In this document: positions 1 through 6,483 of the stretch, piece by piece | How positions within the stretch are numbered: position 1 is the stretch's first letter | Layout: every line of letters begins with the position of its first letter | Source: a virus | Lineage: Duplodnaviria > Caudoviricetes | Virus record (IMG/VR): IMGVR_UViG_3300010354_000089 | Location: 1-63,004 of that record | Reading direction: 5' to 3' (one strand) | Length of the DNA: 63,004 nucleotides | Translations under genes and position numbers: made by a program | The notes under the pieces: generated by a model | What the model saw: only the letters and a program-made list of their open reading frames with translations | Database searches by the model: none | Told to the model about the DNA's origin: nothing

Positions 1-104
1 AAAATTCCTACTGATGTAAGAAGAAGAATTGTTCCAAGAGTTAATCCTAGAATAAACTTTAATCTTGCATCAAGATCTGCTGGTGTTAATCTTTCTTTAG
101 CCAT
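1..104 (-). CDS. Small membrane protein, runs off the window edge (MAKERLTPADLDARLKFILGLTLGTILLLTSVGI...)
   Basis: Manual translation; ATG at 104 overlaps the end of the upstream lipoprotein ORF; hydrophobic helix. Confidence 0.6.
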   Translation of the reverse strand, partial: MAKERLTPADLDARLKFILGLTLGTILLLTSVGI

Positions 105-318
105 TTTTTACCTTACTATTCTGGTATTTATTCCATATTTGTTCGCCAACAATATCTCTACTACATGTTCCTGTTGTCTCACATATTGGAGGATTGCACT
201 CTGCTTTATCCCAATTTGCCTGATCTTGGCAAGGATATCTAAAGCTACCCTGATAACCACAAGAACTTAGGGTTAAGGCTAGCATTAAACTTGACAATGA
301 GGCAACTATTTTTCTCAT
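97..318 (-). CDS. Small Cys-rich lipoprotein
   Basis: Signal peptide with lipobox LSSC; four further Cys; ATG 6 nt after TGCTATAAT. Confidence 0.7.
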   Translation of the reverse strand: MRKIVASLSSLMLALTLSSCGYQGSFRYPCQDQANWDKAECNPPICETTGTCSRDIVGEQIWNKYQNSKVKNG

Positions 319-324
319 AGCCCT

Positions 325-334
325 ATTATAGCAT
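325..334 (-). promoter_or_regulatory. Extended -10 promoter (TGCTATAAT), probably leaderless
   Basis: Plus strand attatagcat; 6 nt to the ATG at 318. Confidence 0.65.
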
Positions 335-532
335 TTACTCTTCTTCTTTTCGAAGTGGGATGGTTATAAGCCATATAATTGTAGCCAAAATAGTAGCTAT
401 TCCAACCACGTCCTGGGCTGTTCCAGTTAGGGTAAGCCAGGCAATAAAGAATCCAAGAAGGGTCCAAACCTGGGCTATACTTTCCTTAATGGCTTCCCAA
501 ATCCACTTTATAAAGCCTTTAATTATTTTCAT
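335..532 (-). CDS. Small 2-TM membrane protein (holin-like topology possible)
   Basis: Start re-assigned to ATG at 532 (TAATG overlap with upstream stop); two hydrophobic segments and a charged C-terminus. Confidence 0.65.
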   Translation of the reverse strand: MKIIKGFIKWIWEAIKESIAQVWTLLGFFIAWLTLTGTAQDVVGIATILATIIWLITIPLRKEEE

Positions 533-2535
533 TATATCCTCCTTGTCATGGCTGCTGCCACAATATTTGCTGCGATTACTACTGGCACAATTACTTCCTG
601 CGCTTTTTCTCTTTGATCGTCGGTCATGTCTTTGCCCCATTCTGATGGGCTAAGTAATTTTTCAAAATCTATATCTGCAATTGCACCTATTGGGTCTGAT
701 AAAAATGCCTCTGTAGCTACTTCTGTTGTTGCATCAGCTAAAGTATATGGCATTGGTGCATTTATATTTTCTTTAATTCTATCACCAAATTCTTCTAAAG
801 CTTTTGCAATTGTTGGCTCTGACGCTGCTAAGGCCACTACTTTTAATAACTCTTCTGATTTAATTCCAAGCCCTTCTGCAACCGCTGCTTTTTGTTCTGG
901 GGTTAGTTTGGTCAAAGTATCTTTACTTGTTAAGTCTGCAATTAGATTTGCTGTTTCCTCTGTGATAGTATTAGTTTGTGATGGTTCTTCAGAAGGTTCA
1001 GCAGGAGTTGGCTCTGGTTCAGGAGTTGGCTCTTGATCTATATCCGTTGGCTGAGGTGAAGGCTCTTGTTCTGGCTCTGGAGAAGTCTCAGGCTCAGGGG
1101 TTGGTTCTGGTGTCGCCTCATCTGTGGTTTCAGGAGTTGGCTCTGGAGTGGGGTCGTGTGGTTGAGTTTGCTCAGGCGATGGCTCTGGAGAAGGTTCAGG
1201 CGTAGGGTCAACTGTTACATCTGGTGTTGGCTGTGGTTGATTTGCCATAGCTGCAGCAATAGCGGCAGCAACTCGTTGCTGTTCTTCAAATAAATAAGTT
1301 TCATTATATAAATCCCAAGCATCTTCTATTGCATCATTCATATCAATAATTGCTTGATCGTATACCGCAATTGCGTTATTTTTATTTGATAATGCTGTTG
1401 TTAGGTTTGATTGAGCAGTTATGAGGTTTTGCTCTTTTGTTGTGAGGTTTTGATTGGCAGTTGTTAGGTTTTGAACCTCTTGATTATATATAGATAATTT
1501 ATCATTACGTACTTCCAATTTAGTATTATAAGTTTGTTGAGCTGTATATTGTGCCTGTTGTGCAGCAGTTAAATTATCTATTTGCTGTTGTGTTGCACCA
1601 GATCCATAAGAAAATGTATTAAGGTTACAGCTAAATCCTACGCCCCAGCCACCAGTATAGGCACATCCTGCCGTTGTCCAGCCTCCAGGAATTGACCACC
1701 CAAGAAGGTAAGAACCTGGACCTCCGCCGTTGTACCACCATATCTCTACATCCAAACTTTTATCTTGGCTTACATCATATATTGGAGAGTATGGACTCCA
1801 TGTAGCACCCTGCTCAACCCAATTATTTATCGCAAGATTTCCATTTACATACATTCTAAATCCATCGTCTGTATATCCTGCAAAATAAACATTATTCCAA
1901 CTTGATGGCACTGTAATTTTTCCAGTAAATTTAACAATAATATCTGAATAGTGTCCACAAACTGGAAGGTTCATGGAAGCGGAATTCCAAACACCAGTGC
2001 ATATAATAGAGCCAGGTACTGCTACGTGCTGTCCATTAACATAGCCATCTCTTAATAAGTGGTAAACAGTATATTGTAGTCCTGCTGACCCAGCATTGTT
2101 TACTGCTTCTTGAGCTGTCTGAAGGTTTGAATTTGCTGTATTTAAATTAATTGTGGCTACATCTAACTCGTCTTGAGAATTATTTTTATGTGTAAGAGCA
2201 GTTGCAACTGTTACAGTTTGTCCATCTACTGCAGATTGTGCAGCAATCTTTTCAGATAATGCAGTAGCCTCTGCAGAAACTGCAGTATCATATTCCGCAT
2301 ATGCTGTGTCTCTTGCCTGTTTTGCAGCAACGGCTGCATCATATTTATCTTCTGCTATATCTATTAAGGCTCTAGTTTCAGCCTCTTCTGTAAGATTTAA
2401 TACTTTTTCGTTTAGTTCCGCTATTTCTTGAGCAGCAGCTGAAAGCGGATCATCGCTATAAGCAGGTGTTAGGAATAGCCAACCAAACCCTAAAATGGCT
2501 GCTAATGACAATCTCCATAATTTAGTCCTAGTCAA
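532..2535 (-). CDS. Secreted/surface protein: signal peptide, coiled coil, PA14 domain, coiled coil, Pro/Glu/Thr-rich stalk
   Basis: PA14 motifs TDDGFRMYVNG and WWYNGGGPG; PEPTP repeats; hydrophobic C-terminus. Confidence 0.75.
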   Translation of the reverse strand: MTRTKLWRLSLAAILGFGWLFLTPAYSDDPLSAAAQEIAELNEKVLNLTEEAETRALIDIAEDKYDAAVAAKQARDTAYAEYDTAVSAEATALSEKIAAQSAVDGQTVTVATALTHKNNSQDELDVATINLNTANSNLQTAQEAVNNAGSAGLQYTVYHLLRDGYVNGQHVAVPGSIICTGVWNSASMNLPVCGHYSDIIVKFTGKITVPSSWNNVYFAGYTDDGFRMYVNGNLAINNWVEQGATWSPYSPIYDVSQDKSLDVEIWWYNGGGPGSYLLGWSIPGGWTTAGCAYTGGWGVGFSCNLNTFSYGSGATQQQIDNLTAAQQAQYTAQQTYNTKLEVRNDKLSIYNQEVQNLTTANQNLTTKEQNLITAQSNLTTALSNKNNAIAVYDQAIIDMNDAIEDAWDLYNETYLFEEQQRVAAAIAAAMANQPQPTPDVTVDPTPEPSPEPSPEQTQPHDPTPEPTPETTDEATPEPTPEPETSPEPEQEPSPQPTDIDQEPTPEPEPTPAEPSEEPSQTNTITEETANLIADLTSKDTLTKLTPEQKAAVAEGLGIKSEELLKVVALAASEPTIAKALEEFGDRIKENINAPMPYTLADATTEVATEAFLSDPIGAIADIDFEKLLSPSEWGKDMTDDQREKAQEVIVPVVIAANIVAAAMTRRI
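980..1240 (-). repeat. Low-complexity coding repeat (PEPS/PEPT/PTPE units)
   Basis: Recurrent ggctctgg/ggttcagg units; translation PTPEPSPEPSPE...; approximate boundaries. Confidence 0.75.
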
Positions 2536-2545
2536 CTAATAGCTC

Positions 2546-2580
2546 CTTGTTATAAATCTTATAACAAGTTAATTATATCA
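2546..2580 (-). promoter_or_regulatory. Extended -10 promoter (TGATATAAT) followed by a perfect 10-bp inverted repeat abutting the SD
   Basis: cttgttataa-atc-ttataacaag at 2546-2568; -10 at 2572-2577. Confidence 0.6.
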
Positions 2581-2585
2581 TTAAA

Positions 2586-2768
2586 TCATTTAGGGTTATC
2601 TGTTTTATAAAAGCCTGTACCCTTAAACTGAATTCCAAATGTTCCAAACTGCTTTACCATAGCAGCACCACATTTATCACAAAGCTCTGTCATACTAGAT
2701 TCACTAATTGGCTTGTTAACCTCTTTAGTGTGTTCACAAATTATACATTTATAATCATAAGCTGGCAC
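2586..2768 (-). CDS. FmdB-family zinc-ribbon protein
   Basis: MPAYDYKC..C, CDKCG and FKGTGFYKTD signature. Confidence 0.85.
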   Translation of the reverse strand: MPAYDYKCIICEHTKEVNKPISESSMTELCDKCGAAMVKQFGTFGIQFKGTGFYKTDNPK

Positions 2769-3534
2769 TTTGAATCTCCAAAAATCTTTTTGTCATAGCA
2801 TGTATTCTATACTCTTGATCGTCATCAGGATGTCTAGATATTAGAACATCTGTTATACCTAACATATTCATTTTTTTTATTTTATTTATTACTTCTTCTT
2901 CAGTACCAAAAATAGTAGAGTCTTTCATCATCTGACTTTGCTCTTCGGCAAACAGCTTTTTAGCCTCTTCATTTGAGTCTCTAACAATAACCCTACATGC
3001 AGCTATTTTTCTTTTTGTATTTACATTAAGTCCTTCAAGATAGCTTGACCTCATGGCAAGATGAGCATCAGCATATTTTTCTGAATTCTTTATAGTTTTT
3101 AAAGATGTACCGCTTACAACTATCTCTGGCTTATCGTTTAAATATGTTAAAGATGTAAATTTCTCTAGCCATTGAGATGTATAATCTACTCTTTTTTCAT
3201 ATGTATCTAGCAAATCTTTTATAGCCACAACGTCATTAACGCTAGTTTCTTCACTTTTTAAATCACCAGCAGCAACATTTAATATAACCCTATTTTTACT
3301 AATCATATCAAAAGCTTTGCACATCATTGCACAATATTCTGGGCTGACTGAGTATGTTCTAACTGCAAACATATACTTTAACTTATGCTCTTTATTAATA
3401 ATATTTGCAACTCTAACCATATAGTCTGGTATTAAAGAATGATAAACTAATAGAACAGACTCATATCCAGCATAATCTAAAACATTTGAAAGAATTCTTA
3501 GATTCTCTGGCGTATCGTCGCTATGCTGCCTCAT
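2755..3534 (-). CDS. Luciferase-like (LLM) flavin-dependent monooxygenase
   Basis: AGYESVLL, LKYMFAVR..SP, NRVILNVAAG and FGTEEEV motifs typical of the SsuD/LLM TIM barrel; frame stays open about 9 codons upstream (..IKLHW). Confidence 0.7.
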   Translation of the reverse strand: MRQHSDDTPENLRILSNVLDYAGYESVLLVYHSLIPDYMVRVANIINKEHKLKYMFAVRTYSVSPEYCAMMCKAFDMISKNRVILNVAAGDLKSEETSVNDVVAIKDLLDTYEKRVDYTSQWLEKFTSLTYLNDKPEIVVSGTSLKTIKNSEKYADAHLAMRSSYLEGLNVNTKRKIAACRVIVRDSNEEAKKLFAEEQSQMMKDSTIFGTEEEVINKIKKMNMLGITDVLISRHPDDDQEYRIHAMTKRFLEIQSASL

Positions 3535-3569
3535 CCAATGAAGTTTAATTTTTATACCTATCTAATAAT

Positions 3570-3650
3570 GGGAGCAGTTTAGCCACATGCTCAGGTGGAT
3601 CCTAGGCAACTATGCCCGCATCTGCGACTCCCCAGTGACGGGGTGCAGAC
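3570..3650 (-). ncRNA. Putative structured RNA or leader: two hairpins plus an H-type pseudoknot
   Basis: GC-rich island after TATAAT (3655-3660); stems UCUGC/GCAGA, CCCC/GGGG, GGCA/UGCC, CCAC/GUGG; loop GAGCA can pair with downstream UGCUC. Confidence 0.55.
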
Positions 3651-3662
3651 TTCTATTATACA

Positions 3663-4082
3663 TTATTTAATTTTGATTGTCTTCGGTTTCTTTTCTTCTG
3701 GGATGTTTCTTTCCACAAAGATATCAAGAATGCCGTCTGCCATTTCAGCACGATCAACCTCCATATACTCTCCAAGAGCAAAGGTGCGTGTGAATTTTCT
3801 GGCTGCGATACCTCTATGTAGTACTTCTTGAGAAGACTCTTCGGATTTCTCACCCTTGATTACTAAGCTTCCATTATCCACAGAAACCTCAACTTCACTC
3901 TTGCTAAATCCAGCAAGAGCTAAAGACAACTTGTAAGTATCATCATCAATCTTTACCAAGTTATATGGTGGATATGATTGATGAATTGACTCACGATGGA
4001 TATTTGAAAGACGGTCCAACTCTCTGTTGAAACCAATAAAAAACGGATCATTAAAAAGATCCAATGAAAAATGTGTTACCAT
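3663..4082 (-). CDS. hsp20: Small heat-shock protein (Hsp20/IbpA-like)
   Basis: YPPYNL, ALAGF, HRGIAARKFTRTF and DGIL motifs. Confidence 0.95.
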   Translation of the reverse strand: MVTHFSLDLFNDPFFIGFNRELDRLSNIHRESIHQSYPPYNLVKIDDDTYKLSLALAGFSKSEVEVSVDNGSLVIKGEKSEESSQEVLHRGIAARKFTRTFALGEYMEVDRAEMADGILDIFVERNIPEEKKPKTIKIK

Positions 4083-4141
4083 TTTATTCCTCCTTTAAGC
4101 GAATAAATTAATATACGGGCCCCGTTAGGCGACCCGTATAT
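4083..4141 (-). promoter_or_regulatory. hsp20 5'UTR: stable hairpin plus a ROSE-like thermometer hairpin sequestering the SD
   Basis: AUAUACGGG...CCCGUAUAU stem, then UUUAUUCGCU-UAA-AGGAGGAAUAAA; promoter TGATATAAT at about 4142-4150. Confidence 0.6.
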
Positions 4142-4156
4142 ATTATATCAAATGTA

Positions 4157-4411
4157 TTAATTTTTGCCAAATATTTTTTTAACTTTTGGAACACAATTTG
4201 GGACACGCTTTCCGTCCTTTGTTTTCCATCCAATTTGCTCATAACCTTCCCAGCATGGGTTAGCCTTTTCAACTTCATTAGCGTACAAGGCTCTCATATG
4301 AGCTTTAGCTTTAGATTCGCTTTCGTGACACCCAACAAGCTCTCCAGTGTCTTCTTTTACAACTGCGTATCCGCTGCAACCTGCTGCCCCTCTTTTAATA
4401 TTCCAAGGCAT
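4157..4411 (-). CDS. Hypothetical protein with a CWEGY...VPNCVP motif
   Basis: ORF track; tight spacing to neighbours; two Cys pairs. Confidence 0.65.
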   Translation of the reverse strand: MPWNIKRGAAGCSGYAVVKEDTGELVGCHESESKAKAHMRALYANEVEKANPCWEGYEQIGWKTKDGKRVPNCVPKVKKIFGKN

Positions 4412-4413
4412 GA

Positions 4414-4617
4414 TTACTTCTTCTTTGTAGTTTTCTTAACTGTCTTCTTGGCTGCTGGCTTGGCTGCTGGTGCCTTAGTAGCTGGAGCCTTCTTTGTTAC
4501 CTTCTTCTTTGCTGGCATTATTTTTTCCTCCTTATCAATTTCTTCAATAAACGTATCAGCGCTTATTACTGGTTGTGGAAATCCAAACCATGTTTTAAAT
4601 CTTTTTCTTAATGACAT
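4414..4617 (-). CDS. Small protein with a histone H1/HupB-like Lys-Ala-Pro tail
   Basis: C-terminus PAKKKVTKKAPATKAPAAKPAAKKTVKKTTKKK; SD AAGGAGG and TGGTATAAT upstream. Confidence 0.7.
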   Translation of the reverse strand: MSLRKRFKTWFGFPQPVISADTFIEEIDKEEKIMPAKKKVTKKAPATKAPAAKPAAKKTVKKTTKKK

Positions 4618-4647
4618 TTTATCCTCCTTTCATATTATACCATTGCG

Positions 4648-4720
4648 AGCCTCGTAACAGAATTGAACTGTTGACCTACGCATTACAAGTGCGTCGCTCT
4701 ACCATCTGAGCTAACAAGGC
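4648..4720 (-). tRNA. tRNA-Thr(UGU)
   Basis: Cloverleaf GCCTTGT/ACGAGGC; anticodon arm ACGCA-CTTGTAA-TGCGT; T-loop TTCAATT; no CCA. Confidence 0.92.
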
Positions 4721-4721
4721 G

Positions 4722-4794
4722 TACCCCTAGTTGGATTCGAACCAACGCTGTCACGATTTTAAGTCGTGTGCCTCTACCACTGGGCTATAAGGGC
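4722..4794 (-). tRNA. tRNA-Leu(UAA) with a short variable loop
   Basis: GCCCTTA/TAGGGGT, discriminator A; CACGA-CTTAAAA-TCGTG; T arm GTTGG-TTCGAAT-CCAAC; 73 nt. Confidence 0.88.
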
Positions 4795-4960
4795 AGATGC
4801 CATTCATGCTATCACAGTTCTACTCGCTGTCCTTAAGCTAATGGCTGTTTATCCTAGTAGGTTAGCAGAGCAATCTCCTTCGGCCTGAACACCTTCGTAT
4901 GATGCGCCTACAGGGTAGGTTTCGGATAAACGATCTCCACATAAATTATTCAGATTTATG
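4795..4960 (-). ncRNA. Putative multi-branched structured RNA embedded in the tRNA array
   Basis: Helices GUUUAUCC/GGAUAAAC, CCUAC/GUAGG, GCCAUU/AAUGGC, ACAG/CUGU, AGAU/AUCU; no ORF in the track. Confidence 0.5.
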
Positions 4961-4967
4961 TTTTGAG

Positions 4968-5040
4968 CTGGACCACCTGGACTCGAACCAGGGACCTAGA
5001 AGTTAACAGCTTCCCGCTCTGCCTGCTGAGCTATGGTCCA
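4968..5040 (-). tRNA. tRNA-Asn(GUU)
   Basis: TGGACCA/TGGTCCA plus G73; GGAAG-CTGTTAA-CTTCT; TTCGAGT. Confidence 0.93.
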
Positions 5041-5044
5041 ATTG

Positions 5045-5117
5045 CGCCTTTGGCAGGAGTCGAACCTGCGACCAAGACCTTAGAAGAGTCCTGCTCTGTC
5101 CTCTGAGCTACAAAGGC
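5045..5117 (-). tRNA. tRNA-Arg(UCU)
   Basis: GCCTTTG/CAAAGGC; GGACT-CTTCTAA-GGTCT; TTCGACT. Confidence 0.93.
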
Positions 5118-5410
5118 TAGTCGTCTTCTGGGATTAATCCCATTTCTTTTAATGCTTTTTCGCCTTCTTCTGATAATGAAATAGATGCATTAAGATCTTC
5201 ATCATATTCAACATTTAATAAACCTTTTTCTAATAAGGAAATAAGGCTATCGTCAATATGCTTTCTATGAGCTTCCCATAATTCTGGGGCTAAAAACTCT
5301 GCTTTTTCTGTAATCTTAAACAAAATTTCTCCGTCCTCGTCTACACCAGTAGCTTCTATAGCTCCAATTTCAAGATAGTAATCTATGCTTGGCAATTCAA
5401 AATCTTCCAT
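5117..5410 (-). CDS. Acidic hypothetical protein (possible winged-helix-like repeats)
   Basis: SD GGAG and TATAAT upstream; ORF track. Confidence 0.7.
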   Translation of the reverse strand: MEDFELPSIDYYLEIGAIEATGVDEDGEILFKITEKAEFLAPELWEAHRKHIDDSLISLLEKGLLNVEYDEDLNASISLSEEGEKALKEMGLIPEDD

Positions 5411-5442
5411 TTCATCTCCTAATTATAATATACTAACCTGAT

Positions 5443-6483
5443 CTAGTCAATATCTTTTACAAAATTTAATTCATTTATAATTTCTTCTATATTATTTGAA
5501 ACATTATGATAATCTATAAAATTAAAGTTTTTAAATTTATATATTTCTTTATAATTAAACCTATTTGTATAACCTGCTATTAAATTTAATTCAATTATAT
5601 TAGTATTTTCTTTTGCTGCTAATAAGTTGACCCAAGCACTACCATTTAGTCCTGCAATATGGGTTGCATTATAGAATAAGTTTAATTGGTCTAACAGTGG
5701 CATACCTTCTAAGCATACACTTTGATATCCTATTGAATTAAAATATTTTTCTATTGAATCCTCTTCATCAAAGACACGAATTATTGGATTGGCTAGTGGA
5801 TTATTTGTTGGACTCTGTTTTAATTCATTTTTATATCTTATATTATTTAGTTTTCTTGAAATATAAATTTTTTTAGGAAGGTTTTTTTCTTCACACAAAT
5901 TAGATAAATATTCAGACATAGACTTTATATCTCTATGCTTTGAGTAGTCTCTTCCAGCAAATGGAGTTGGTAAGTCTACAGCAACATAAAAGTTTTCAAA
6001 TAATAAATTATCAGATTCTATTGTATAGATTTGTCTATCAGGAGAAAAAATATTAACAAGTTCTCTTGTATATTCATGATAATTTATTTCATTATATTTC
6101 CTCATACCAAACGGATATCTATATAGATAGTCTAAATAAGTATCAACTGATCTATCTTCAAAATCATCTCTCCATATTGGACTTTTACCCATCATGGAAT
6201 TAAAGTAGCACTTTAAATCTGGGACATGTGACCTTATAAAAAAATATTCTCCCATCATATCTAGCATGCTGTGATGATAAAAGTAATGTAAGGTGGCTAG
6301 AAAACAATCTCCTTCAAATTTTATTTGTGGCTTTTTGCTATTTGGGTTGATTCTTAAATTCTTAAATTTAACTATATGAGATATTGAAGTTTCGTTTAAA
6401 CCTCTCTCTGCTCTACTATCTACAAAACCAACTTCTTGTATTTCTACTCCGTCAGCTTCCCATTTTATTCTTTTAGCTTCCAT
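5443..6483 (-). CDS. Glycosyltransferase family 61 (DUF563-like)
   Basis: HYFYHH, KIYISRK and DQLNLFYNATHIAGLNGSAWVNLL GT61 signature. Confidence 0.8.
   Translation of the reverse strand: MEAKRIKWEADGVEIQEVGFVDSRAERGLNETSISHIVKFKNLRINPNSKKPQIKFEGDCFLATLHYFYHHSMLDMMGEYFFIRSHVPDLKCYFNSMMGKSPIWRDDFEDRSVDTYLDYLYRYPFGMRKYNEINYHEYTRELVNIFSPDRQIYTIESDNLLFENFYVAVDLPTPFAGRDYSKHRDIKSMSEYLSNLCEEKNLPKKIYISRKLNNIRYKNELKQSPTNNPLANPIIRVFDEEDSIEKYFNSIGYQSVCLEGMPLLDQLNLFYNATHIAGLNGSAWVNLLAAKENTNIIELNLIAGYTNRFNYKEIYKFKNFNFIDYHNVSNNIEEIINELNFVKDID

Noticed and set aside
3570-3650. Resemblance to the ZTP riboswitch (CACUGGGGAG...CCACCUGAGCA) or the pistol ribozyme P1
   Set aside because: Lacks the ZTP GACUGGCG strand and the pistol P2/P3 elements; kept as an unassigned RNA
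3656-3853. Same-strand alternate-frame ORFs nested in genes (also 11267, 15988, 17416, 19684, 29469, 32930, 37570, 53853, 59908, 61292)
   Set aside because: No recognisable motifs; expected by chance inside longer genes
4850-4935. Hammerhead (CGAAAC) or SRP-like (UCAGGCCGAAGG) identity for the tRNA-spacer RNA
   Set aside because: No CUGAUGA core or GUH cleavage triplet; the SRP GGAAGGAAGCAG loop is incomplete
4722-5117. Suppressor tRNA or stop-codon recoding
   Set aside because: Anticodons are UAA (reads UUA) and UCU (reads AGA); genes end normally in TAA, TAG and TGA and ORFs tile densely in code 11
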